Shown here one piece after another: positions 52,433 through 64,000 of a stretch of DNA of 64,000 nucleotides; the stretch's first letter is position 1, and each line of letters opens with the position of its first letter. The position numbers and the translations under genes are program-made. Source of the DNA: Camelus ferus. Taxonomy: Eukaryota. The notes below the pieces were generated by a model. The model worked only from the letters and a program-made list of their open reading frames with translations, did not search any database and was not told where the DNA came from. The DNA is taken from positions 62,622,001 through 62,686,000 of the forward strand of contig NC_045697.1 in assembly GCF_009834535.1 (NCBI RefSeq), in the 5' to 3' direction.

Positions 52433-53539
52433 TACATTGACAAGTTCTTTATCTTAATCAGTAGTCACAATGTACGGTGGTGCTCTGGTAGGAATTAAAA
52501 ACTGAATGCAGAACTTTTCATTCATATCACAACTAAATGACTGAGTTAAAAGGGTCTCAAAATTAAGTTCATTAAAAGATTAGGGATAAGCCAAAGTCAA
52601 TACTTGATTTGATTTTTCTTCATAAATAAATGTTACTCACCAAAATAATAGTTTGGATTTCTTTAGGAAAAATCAAAGAGGAATGACAGAGAAAAGACAA
52701 CTCAGAGACAATAGATAAAAGAAACCTCTAACATCCATAGTATTAGATGCTGCTAAGAATGAATTATTTCCAAGAAGCCAAGTTCAAGCTGGTACAAAAG
52801 CTATTTGTTAATTACTTGAGAAAATTCCTTGCAGGCAACACATAAATATATTTTAGTAAGAATAGCATATAGATTTGTTATAAAGGTGATGATCTAGCCA
52901 AGAGGCTGCCTGACCTCCAAAATACATCCAGTACTAAAAACCTAAGGAGAATTGTAATAAGAGCAGATAAGAAATCCTGCAACACAGATGGGTTCTACAC
53001 ATTTTGGCCATGTCTGCACACTTAGCCGGATCAACCTTAATGATCAATTCAGTTTAAAGCAGTCAACATGATTAGTTAGTTGTAAAAATTGTAGAACTTG
53101 TGTTACTAACCATGGTTATAAAAACACAGTCTCTACCCCATGAATGTTAATATGTATAAATATGTTTAAGCAAGAAAATTAAGACTAAAAAATTAAGAAC
53201 TGCTTTTTACTACAATTATTAACTCCCAAACTAAAACACCTTTCTCTCCTTGATATAATATTCAAAGATGACTTTTAACCATTCAACAGAAATTTATTAC
53301 TAAAATTGTACTCAAGAATATTCATTTAAGTGCCACAAGTCCTATGTATATATGATCGTACTACACAAATTCATCCTTTGTGAGCTCACTGACAGAAGTG
53401 ACTATGTCTGCTTACAACATTGATATCCTCATCACTTAGCTCAGTTCCAAAAGAAAAACCAAAGAAAAAGTGTTCAATATATGTTTGCTGAAGGGAAAAG
53501 AACCTCTTTCTAGTTAGCCTCTATTTACAAGCAACACTT

Positions 53540-53850
53540 CATAACAGGTAAAGTTTTCTAGCTGTCCAGCAAAACCTCTTCTCCCTTCTTTGTCAGGGCA
53601 GGTGGCTATATTCTACATTTTCCAGTCTACCCTGAATTAATGGTGGCCAGTATCCAATTGAGGGAGAGGAAATAACATATGCGACTTCAAATTGGGAATG
53701 GACACATCCCTTGGAGGGTGGTGAGGCTGCAAAATGGGACGAGTTTGAATCCCTCAACTACCCTCTGGAGAAAATTCACCCACCAGCCCAAAACACCTAC
53801 CGTGTACTCATGGGAATGAGAAATAAACCTTTATTCTGTTAGAGTCTTCT
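53540..53850 (+). mobile_element. MaLR (MLT1-family) LTR fragment
   Basis: ccttggagggtggtgaggctgcaaaatggga...gggaatgagaaataaacctttattctgtt. Confidence 0.55.
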
Positions 53851-53919
53851 TATAGAAATGTGCCCTGTGGTATTTAACATACAGATGTTCAGCAGATATT
53901 CACAGAATGTAATAGTTCA

Positions 53920-54310
53920 TTTTTTATGGTTTGATTTAAAAAAAAAAACCTCAAAATATACTGAAACCTACAGGAAAGTGTCAATAACAGTACAAAGAAT
54001 CCCAGTATCACCTTCACCCAGAATACCAAATTGTTAGCATTTTACCCTCATTTGCTCTCCTTGTCCTCCACAGGTATGTGTGGGTGTGCCTGTATGTGCG
54101 CATGCATGTATGTTGTTTTTTTTTTTTTTGGCATGGTGCGTACATTAACCTAAATACTCCAATACGTGCCTCCCCCAAACAAAAAGATTCTCCTACACTG
54201 ACATGATACAGCTCAAAACCAGGAGGTCAGCAGTGATACAACACTACTATCCTAGGCAGAGTATATTGCAAATTATTATATACTGATTGTTCAAGTATCT
54301 GTTCAGAGTA
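53920..54310 (-). mobile_element. Old L1M 3' fragment
   Basis: ctacaggaaagtgtcaataacagtacaaagaatcccagtatcaccttcacccagaataccaaattgttagcattttacc. Confidence 0.6.
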
Positions 54311-54714
54311 ACAAATATTATAATCATTCTGGCTGCGTCTTTCACCCACCATCTCTGCACCCTGCCATCCCCTCTCCCATTTCTTTGGCTGCTGGCCACT
54401 CCCTCTGTTGGGCAACCCCTCCCTTCAGGCTTGTTATGAATCAGGCACCCATGTTAGTGTGTCCCCATACCAAGAGGGGAGGGAAGTAAGAAAAGGAAAG
54501 GGGAATGAGGAAAAAAAAAAAAAAAGGAAGATCGATGAAGTAACTCATTATTAATTAAAACTACATGAAGGGAAATGTTAACAACTAACATTTTTGAAAG
54601 TTGGTAGTAGAAACATCCCCCAGAGACTATCTCATGTGGACATTTATATTTGTCTCAGAATTCTATCTAAATTGAGAAAATAACTGGGAAGACTAAGAAA
54701 TCAGAACTGGCTGC

Positions 54715-55708
54715 CTAGATTTATAATTCTCTTCGACAACCAGCATCTTTTTTGCTACTTCTCTAAATAGGAGGATTAAGCACACGTAGCTGAATGCTTC
54801 ACTCAGATTGAAATCCGAACCTTTCCTGTCTTGTTCCCTTAATTGTAAAATATCTTCCTAGGCCTGAGACAGTCCACAGGCGGCCTAAGAACACTGAATA
54901 CTCTTTCAATTGTCCAGGAGCATAACTCAGGTTACCAACAAGGCCCTAATTATGTGGGCTTAATGTTTTCATTTTTTTATTTCCTTTATTACAAACCAAA
55001 ATGCTGCTTACTTATAACATATATGCGAAAGCCAATATGATTTTTTTTGACAAACTAAAGCTTTTCTCTGAAATCTAGCTACAGAAGAAAAGAGGTTTAT
55101 AGGAAGTGTTTAGTACACATTCAGAAACATGTTTTCTCATGGATGTTTTCAGCAAATGCTTCATTTCTATGTAGGAGGTATAAGATTCTTGCTAAAAATA
55201 CTCTCCCTTCCTTGATTATTCATTGTAAATGCCAAACATTCTCACAAGTGAATAAAGACAGGGCTTATTAGCAGTTATTTTATTTAGATAATTTAGATTT
55301 TATAAAATAATTTCAACATTTACTTATGTTAAATAAACTTATAAAAATCTCCTGATTAATGTACTATATAAAAATTGTAATTTATCAAGTACTTTGATAA
55401 ATTAACAGAAAAATAAAAGTTTTCTTTGATATCTGTAATAATACTACCACCAAACTGGGCTGAAAAGAACCAATATATGCGAGGAAAAACAAGAAAACAA
55501 AATATGACTCACAATTATAACAGGAAGAGAACATTATTACCTAGGGCACTGTCTTCTCAATTATGAATGTGTTTCCTCCAAAAAAAAGTGTTTGTAAGTC
55601 ATTTGCTGGAACAAAAACCTTATTTCCAACACAGCAATTACGTTAAGGGTGCTCTTCATTTCCCAAGGCAAATCCAAAACAGTCTCTCTTATTCATTAGG
55701 TCACAAGA
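54715..55708 (-). pseudogene. Two exon-like segments (55708-55513 and 54884-~54715)
   Basis: tgttatag|...|gtgagt, and gtgttcttag|AACGLSQA*EDILQLREQDRKGSDFNLSEAFSYVCLILLFREVAKKMLVVEENYKS. Confidence 0.3.
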
Positions 55709-58080
55709 CTATAACACTGTATTATTGGTACTACTATCCAACCAAGAAAACCAAAAGCCCATTCTCAAGACCCAGGTTTCTCTGCTAGCTCTAGTTGTAC
55801 TGGTTATCCTAGTTTTCAGTAACCAGTTTTCCTAGCTCTCGGTAATGAGATGAGATGAGAAGTGCAAGGTTGTAGGCAGGGCAGGGGGCTCCTGGGTAAG
55901 AGCAGAGGTACTGCAGAAAGGGACTGAGTCTTCATGAGCAACTGTGGGCAGTACTCGCGGTCCAGTTCTTGGTAGGCAGTGACTGCTGCCGAAATCTCTG
56001 TGTCCTAGGTCCCTAGCGGTGATTGGCAGGGAGGGGACCACACCTTTGGTGACAAGTGATGGTCAAAGAAATGTGAGGAGAAGTACAGGCGATGGCTAAG
56101 AACAACAGAAGGGTGGAAGGAGAATTCTAGCAGTAGCCTATGTGAGTCACTGAATCCCAGCCTCGGGAAAACCACCTCTACTGTGCATATATGTGCATGT
56201 ACACTCATCAGGTATCAATTTAATATACTAATCGGAACATTGCAAGCTAGTTCAAGATACTAGTTACTACTCAGCATTTTTAACTGCTGTAATTCAGTAT
56301 TTTATGCCATGCTCTCTGACATTAGTGAGAATGATGTGTACTCTACGTATTTAAGTAATGCTTTGGTATGTAACTCCTATTAAAGATTTTGTGCCAGGTA
56401 ATATTTGTGGTCTGATCTCACCTTTCTCAGGGGACTCATTGACATAATTGAGACAACTCAGCATGGCATATGGAAAAATCTCTCATAAAGTAAAGGTCAG
56501 AGATTAAGTAGGATCGTCACTGAATTAATTTGTTTTTCTTAAGAGGAGTTACTCCACAGGTCAACTGTCAGGTCACTGATAGATATGTTTCTCCTCCTGT
56601 TCTCAGGGTGTGAAGAGAACAAGTTGTTGATTTCCTTTGGTGGCTGTTTTCTTACCTCAGAAGAACACATTCATACATTCTGCATGGCTGTGATTCAGCA
56701 GTGTGACAAAAATGAAGAATGTTTCCTTTTCCACAAAGGAAACACAATTCAAATCCCCTCCCTTGGCCACCCTCCCCCATCATCACCACTTAGCCTGGTG
56801 AAGGTTTTTTGTTTTTTTTTTTTACCTCAACCACTTGCAAAGGTAATGCTATCCTGTTGCCTCAAAATAATGCTGATAAATTTTTCAAGCTTGGTGTAAA
56901 TACACCTACTACTGAAACACTGGCTTCTATGTTATGTAGCAATGGTTCCTAGAGGTAAAATTATCTTGCAAACAAGTAATTTTGACCTGACTACCCTCAA
57001 ACATAAATATTGACCCCTCCAGATTGCTTTTCTTTGGAAAAATGGAAAGGGCTCAAAAATGAAAAGGGCTTTCCAAATTCAGGAAATCAAATCTTTCAAC
57101 TTGTACTAATGATATCACAAACATTTCTCACCTTTGAATAGTTTGTATTGTGGATACTTTTAAGGAGAAATAAAGGCATATCAAATCTAAATGTTATCTC
57201 TGTTATTTCTAGAATGCTTTTTTTAATATTTTGTTTTTCACATGAGTGTTCCTGACATCCCACACATTTAGGATATTCGTACTATAACAGCAAATTTCCA
57301 TTGTGGAAACAATGAAATTATACAAGTTTACAGCTGGAAAGAATCTTAGAGATCTTGTAACATGTCCTCATAGTTACAAAAAAATGAGGGTAAATGAGTC
57401 TGAGAGTCTTAAGCCATAAACTAATGTGGTAGAAATTGCTTACTAGGCCTGTCTTGTTCAATTTCTCCCTGGTGAAACCCAGTGATGCAGTTCATACCAA
57501 ACTCCTTCACAACAGCCCAACATCTGAACAGAGAATCATTCTGTGGATAGTCCCTGTTATTAACGTAATCTCCTTGGTTTATTTCTAGTAGAGTTACTTA
57601 TCCTCATTGCTAATTCCCTGGTCATGACTCTGTCACTAGTATAAAAAGTGTCTCAATCTATTGTCTTAATATTTCTATCACCTCCTCATTCTTATACAGA
57701 ATAGTGTAAAAATAGTCAGTCTAACCTATTCTTTAGCTTCTGTTTTCCTCTTAATAGCGTACCATGGATCTTGTATTGCCTTTTAAATTAGATTTAACCC
57801 AGTAAGACATTCAGTTTTCCCTAATTTGATAGCTATTATCTACCTTTACATCCTCTATTATAAACTCTGCTTCAGTGAGGAAATCTTATACCTCCTTACA
57901 CGCATGCCATTTATTTTAGTGCCTAAATTTTGATAATGATGATAAAATTATAGTATGTATAACTTTATGTCAAATACTGTTCTTAGTGCTTCAATCCATT
58001 CACTTCTTTAGCATCTACAATCATTCCATAGGTATTACCTGTCACATTTACATTTTATTGTTCTGATATAAGTATTTCCA

Positions 58081-58275
58081 TGTAGTTTTATTCCACTGTG
58101 GCTGTAATGAATTATCATAGATTTAGTGGCTTCAGATTACATATATTTATTAGCTTCGAGTTCTGTAGACGTCTGACCGGGGTCTCACGGAGTTAAAGCA
58201 AGGTGTTGGCGGGCCTGTGCTGACTTCTGGAAGTTCTAGGGGAGAATCTGTTTCCTTGTCTTCTCCAGCTTAAGG
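58081..58275 (-). mobile_element. MaLR LTR fragment (MLT1C/D-like)
   Basis: gtggctgtaatgaattatcatagatttagtggcttc...aaggtgttggcgggcctgtgc...ctggaagttctaggggagaatctgtttccttgtc. Confidence 0.8.
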
Positions 58276-58319
58276 CCATTCTTAGCTCTTATCATGAGCC
58301 AGTATCCTGTATATTTTAC

Positions 58320-58860
58320 TTATTTTGTATTTATTCTTGGCCTAACTGCTGTGAAAATGCTAATTCCTTGATGGCAGGGCTTTTTATTCATTCTGTTCAC
58401 AGCTATATTCCAGTGTCTTAGAACAATATCTAATGTACAACGGCCACTCAATCAACATGGGTTATGAATGAATGAGCCAAATTTTTTGTTCTGCCACTTA
58501 ATAACTACGTGAGCTGAGGGAAGGTAAACTTTTTAAGCCTAATTTTCTCCTATGTAAACTGGGGGTATTAACAATACCAAGATGTTGTTTTGAGGATTCA
58601 CTGAGGTTGTTTATGAATACTTGGAGCATAGGGCTGAGTATGCAGTATAAACAAATAGCATTATTATTATTAACTAAAATAGCATTCTGTTTTATTTTCT
58701 TCATAGCAACTACACCTATCCAAATCACCTTGTTTATTTCTATACTTATTTATTAATTGTCCCATGAAAGCAGAATTTTATATGCTTCGCGTCTGTATTT
58801 CTAGTACCTAGAATAGCGACTGGTACAGAGCAGGAGCTAAAGAAATGTTTGTTGAATTAG
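58320..58860 (+). mobile_element. L2 3' end / MIR / L2 3' end cluster
   Basis: ttccttgatggcagggc...tgaatgaatga; ctgccacttaataactacgtgagctgagggaag...ttttctcctatgtaaactggggg; agtacctagaatagcgactggtacagag. Confidence 0.65.
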
Positions 58861-59496
58861 TGCTACTTGTGTGTAGGTAAAAAACTTTATAGGCCTTTTA
58901 TTCTACCACTTAAAGCTGCACCCACTATTATGATGACTCAGTTGTGTGTTCATAAGGATTCAGTTTAAGAACTCAAAATGGGACGTAGAGAGGTCATGGA
59001 GTCGCTGGTGGGGATGGGCGAAGCTTTGAATTCTCCCTGTTGTAGAAGTTCTTAATGTTTTATGTGTTATTTAAGCCTAGGAGAACCTGATGAAAGCCAT
59101 GAACATGTCCCTCAAACAGTACACCCTACCACAGCACAGTATTTTGCATAAATGTCCAAAGGCCCGTTGAGGTCCTACTACCCATTGGTCTAACAGAAGT
59201 TCACAAGTCCCAGATAAAGAACCTTAAGACGGCTCTTAGCCCAGAGGTTATAGTGTGTGACTAATATGATGCAGTATGTTGACGTAGCAGGAAAAGCCTA
59301 TGGTAGTTGACAGAAAGCAGTCAGAAAGTTGTTATTATAGGCCAGGAGAGATATTTTGAAGACCTGAATTGACATGGTAGTGGTGGAGTCAGAGCAAAGA
59401 CTTAACCAAATCCCAGTCAGTAGTCTGAGTGTTTAGGAGAGTGAGGAAGAAGAAATCGTCCCTGACTCCAATAGCTCTATCCTCTGTAGACCTGTT

Positions 59497-59531
<35 letters not shown>

Positions 59532-61685
59532 CATAAAATGAAAGCAGTAACAATATTGGCAATGAGAAGAAACTGTGAAGAAAGAAATAAAAGTTTGGGA
59601 GCACTATAATGAAATTTTCCTCCATTTATTGCTCACATAATAAACTTAAAGCTATTTTAGTTTTCAGCACATTACCATCCAGACCTCATGCACCACAGGA
59701 TTATTATTTGGGGATTCTTTGACCCATAAAGAGTAGACTTAACAACTGGTAAAAAGTCCATAATACCTGTTCCCATGGAACTGCTTCAGTTACTACTGCA
59801 ATACAGTATTATAACCAGAGATATCAGCAAGTCATGCAATGAATATAATATTCCTTCCACTTCTACTGTTAGGGTGTCAGGGAGGACCCTGAGTTACTTG
59901 ATCACCAGATAGAGAGAAAAAGCAGCTGTTTCACTTCACAGGAAGTAGCCAGTATTTCAGAGCAAATCTTGCTCAATTTGGATGGAGGACTGACACTTAA
60001 AATTGGTTCAAATATATATTGGAGGGATAGACTGGAAAAAATTCAGCCCTCTTCTTCAACATCCCCAGAGAAAATAACTCCCCACTGCAGACAAAAAGTC
60101 CAATTGGGAAGACTTCAATGAAACTAATTTACATTGGAATAGAAAACTCTAGCTTGATCTCTACCCCTACTTAAAGTGGTGAGAATGCAAAGAACTCCTG
60201 AGCCTTGTTTGTCATAATATTACTTCATGGAAAGATACTGAAATTCTTAATTTTTTTCATTATTTTGCACCTTATGGAAAAATATTTAGGATAATTACAG
60301 AAAGAAAACTTTTAGAAGGGAGTATATCCAGTTCTCCTAAAATTTATGTCAAATTCAGCATTATTTATTTTACACAATAAAAAGATCATAACTTTTACTT
60401 TTTATTTAAAAAATATATAAAGCAAAAGAGAAGTAACCCACTAAATAACAAGCGATTTAGTTCATCTGGGGCTCCTCTGTATTTAAGGTCTTTGTAAAAT
60501 GCTGCAGATTTTTTTTTTTAAATGAGAAAGGTACAACCCTTGCCTTCAGGAAGTTCCTTGTCAAATTTTGGAAATAAATTATTTGACAAAGTTACTATGT
60601 ATCAAAAGCCATAATATTGATGAAAAGATATGCAGAGCACACTAAGGGAGCACCAAGCAACTAGACAGGAAAATGTGGAGCCACAGAGGCAACACAGGAG
60701 GTGGGAGAGAAAGCCTGACCTGTGCATGGAAGCGCTTGTGCAGCCAGATCGATACCCAGGAGTGCACCCTGAATCCAAAGGAGAAACATCCATGGGGGTT
60801 AGGTGGGTGACAACTTGGACAATTATGAGACATGGATTTGGATGTCAGCAGGAAAAGAAAAGAAGACTAGTTGGAGATCACTGCAATTGTCCACTTAAGA
60901 GATTTTCAAGTCTTGAGATGAATTCCAGAAATACGGTATAGAGAAAGTGAAATCACAGAATGTTACAACTGCCTACAATGAAGGAAGCAGGGGAGGGAGA
61001 GGAAGAATTGAAGATGACTGAAATGACAGATCGCAGGAGGAGGAGAAGGGAAAATTAGGGGGAAGAAGATCAGCTCATCACATGACCAGTGATAGAAAAT
61101 CATCCCTGCATAACCAACACGACTCCATTCCACATGCTCTGAACGCGAAATATCTCCCCAGTAAAGAGGTCCTTCCTGTTCTACTTCTCTAGACCCCATA
61201 ATAGATTTTCAAGGTTTTCTTTCCCTGGACAAATAATCTAACCCCATTATAGATTGATATTTTATACTGGGAAAATACTATAATGCTTTCAAACGTATGT
61301 TATTAGTAGACCTTTTGAGGTTGTAATTCAGGACAAGCTCCATCTTCTCCTCCCTTGCTGAATGTCACATGTTTCATTCATTATCTTCAAGTTAACGTCC
61401 ACTGTGCCGATCACAAGGCAACTAATTTTTGGTGGGAAGGGTGGTCTTAGATTGGTTCTCTCATATATAAAGGAGAATCTGTAACTTTAAAAGGTCTACT
61501 ATATTGAGGTATAATTTGCCTACAATAATATACATACATTTTAAATGTACATTTCTAGAGTTTCAATATAATGATCCCATATAACCACCACCACAATCAA
61601 GAAGTTACGTATTTTCATTATCTCCCTAAAATTTCCTTTGTGTCTTTTTGTAGTTAATTCCCTCCCTTACCTTGGCCGTGGCCCA

Positions 61686-62035
61686 GAGTGGTAGCTGTGA
61701 AGGCACACCTCTGAGATCTGTATTCAAAAGTCTACTGCAGGGCCAGGAGTGCTGTCTATCTCTGGCAGCAGCCTGGAGATCCACTGCAGTATAAGAACTA
61801 TGGCCAGGCTGCAGGCAATGACCCAGAACAGCACTAAAACTAGGACCTGGACCTTTCTGCCCAGTGCACAACTCCCACAAGCAATCCTTATACCAGAACT
61901 CCCTGTTGGAAGCTAAGATATCCTCCAAGCCACACTGCAGCCTGAGGCTCTTCCTGCCCAATTCTCCCTTCTGCCTTCCTCTACACAGATCACAAACCTG
62001 CGGGGTGGTCTAAAGGCTTTCCCAGAATGTTCCTG
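61686..62035 (+). mobile_element. ERVL LTR (LTR16-family)
   Basis: gcaatgacccagaacagcactaaaactaggacctggacctttctgccc...ctgcagcctgaggctcttcctgcccaattc...ggtctaaaggc. Confidence 0.65.
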
Positions 62036-62404
62036 GCAATCACAGTGCCATGACAAGGTTTGTAGAAAACAAGCATTCATCTGAATACTACACGTGCATT
62101 TAAAGGAAAATTTTCACTGAGACAGAAAATTAAAAGCAATATATGAAGGTGTATCAACATTCTCAAAATTCTGCAAGTGAACACATTACTTAAGTATTCA
62201 GATAACTTGGGTCCTCTCCTGTAGCTTTACAAGTTAGTCCAAAGATGAAGACCTATAATTAACCTGCACTCTCATATTGCCATTTATAAACACATATACA
62301 TAAGAACCAACTTTAAAAATAATATACCATCAAACAATATGAATATTTAACTGCTCACATTGCTTATAGTATGCATTAAATACTCATGCATATTATTGTC
62401 TAAG

Positions 62405-62700
62405 CAGCACTGTCCAATATAATTATTATGTGAGTTACATGTGTAGTTTAAAATTTTCTAGTTGCCACATTAAAAACGTAAAAAGAAACAGTTGAATTTT
62501 ATATTTTATTTAATGTACCATTCAGTTTTGACATGTAATCTGTATACAAATTATTGAGAAATTTTATGGCTTTTTTTTTTTTCACACTAAGTCTTTGAAA
62601 TCAAGTGTGTGTTTTACACCTGCATCTCAATTCAGGCTGGTTACATTTCAAGTGCTCAGTAGTAACATGAGCCTAGTGTCTACCATATTGGACAGTGCAG
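62405..62700 (+). mobile_element. MER33 hAT-Charlie DNA transposon
   Basis: Terminal inverted repeats cagcactgtccaata / tattggacagtgcag. Internal aaattttctagttgccacattaaaa and catttcaagtgctcagtag. Confidence 0.88.
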
Positions 62701-63259
62701 GTATAGAGATCAACAGGAAATATTTATTGAGTACCTAGCATATGCAAAAAACGTGTATTAGCTACTGAGGAATCCAAGAGGAAAAAAATCACAATGCACC
62801 ACTAAAGTCACTACAATGAAGTTGTAAAAAAAGATTTTGTACCAAAAAGGTGACACGAGCAGCCATCTCTGAGAAGTTTGGCAAAGTCGCATAGGCAACA
62901 GGTTCTGTAAGAATTTATGGCAGGGATTTTTGTGATCTAGGGCAAAAGTATGTGTCTTGGATAAATGAGATTTAAGAAAGGGTTTTAGGCATAAAATATA
63001 CACAAAGGTTAGAAAAGATGGATGTGTTCTTGTGACAATGGGTGAGCCAGCATTAGAGATTTCATATGGTAGATATTGAATTTGGTGGGGGTTTAAAGGT
63101 TAGCCAGCTCATAAGTGTATGAATAAACAAATGAAGGAAGATATAACATTGGAACCAAAATGTGAACACTAAAATATCCATCTAATGATATAAACTGGCT
63201 TCTAATGAATGAGGAATCAGTTTAATGTGTCTGTATGTGTGAAGTTATATATCTGGCTG

Positions 63260-63800
63260 CTGAAAGTTTATTGGGAGGAAAGGGAAAACCACAGCTAGGT
63301 GAACTGAGAGCCTGCTGCATAGATGTAGGCAAGAGATGATGAGAGTCTTACCTAAACCGTAATGAAAGAGATAGGAGAGAAAAGGATCCTAAAATCATTT
63401 TATGGCTAAATGTGGGAAAGAGGGGACTATAAATACACCAACAGTTCATACTGCGGGTCTTGGGAAAATACTGGTGTCAATAATAACTTACATACAGGAG
63501 CACCTTGTTTGCAGGAAAGGTTATGGTCAATTTTAGACTCTTTGAATCAAAGTGACAGTGTGACATCTAAGTAAATATGTGCCGTGGACAACGAAATACG
63601 AGAAAGAGCTCCTGCTAGAAATGTGCCAAGGAATAGTCACGAGCATGTATGACATCGCTAAAGGAAAAAAAGCAAAACTCGGAGAGGGAGTCAAGAAACT
63701 ACACAGCAGATTAAAGGTCTAAACTGAGAAACTGTGAGACACCATTTTTGTAGAGAATGCTCTAGGGAATAAACTAGAGATGAGTAAAAGAATCAAGTAT
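63260..63800 (-). mobile_element. Degenerate L2 fragments
   Basis: gtaggcaagagatgatgagagtctt...ttttagactctttgaatcaaagtgacagtgtgacatctaagt. Confidence 0.5.
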
Positions 63801-64000
63801 CAACTAGGTAGAAAGGCCACGCGTATTAGTGTGTGCAAACATACAGCTGTGTGAATGTCAAGGTAACCATCTTATGGGTCTGTATTACCACGTACACAGC
63901 AGCCTTCAGAGGAACATAACTGAAAGCAGGACAGGACTGCCTGTGTGGTCATGAACTCCTTCTTTCTAGTATATTCTTGTCCATGTTTTGCATAGCAAGA

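Larger units (their letters stand above)
6141..55708 (-). pseudogene. Putative decayed multi-exon protein-coding gene; parent not identified; true ends may lie beyond these coordinates
   Basis: More than 15 minus-strand segments bounded by YAG acceptors and GT donors. Several are fully open (34264-34497, 24735-24994, 37993-38109, 39423-39479); others carry stops or frameshifts (17310-18101, 44467-44920, 48890-49420). See findings. Confidence 0.55.

Noticed and set aside
59882..60121. ~80-codon open frame on +
   Set aside because: No recognisable protein features or downstream donor; within the range expected by chance.
60602..61961. Overlapping 60-111 aa ORFs
   Set aside because: They lie in GC-richer, mostly L2/LTR-like sequence with no coherent exon structure.
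1..64000. CRISPR array, operon or prokaryotic defence system
   Set aside because: The sequence is mammalian. It has no regularly spaced direct repeats and no dense ORFs.

Overview
This is AT-rich mammalian genomic DNA, most likely from a camelid: it carries a tRNA-derived SINE resembling camelid Vic-1 at ~32.6 kb. I find no intact protein-coding gene, RNA gene, CRISPR array or prokaryotic system. Much of the window is interspersed repeat: a dead L1 (1-4.8 kb), several 5'-truncated L1s, an L1MA9-type element, ERV/MaLR LTRs, Tigger5/MER47, MER33, MER5, MIR and L2. The most interesting signal is a series of exon-like segments on the minus strand from ~55.7 kb to ~6.1 kb. They have AG/GT splice signals, long open or shadowed frames, partly compatible phases, and scattered stops and frameshifts, and one is split by an L1. 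I interpret this as a decayed multi-exon (unprocessed, possibly unitary) pseudogene, but I cannot name the parent gene. Repeat family names come from remembered consensus sequences, not a search, and exon boundaries were read by eye.
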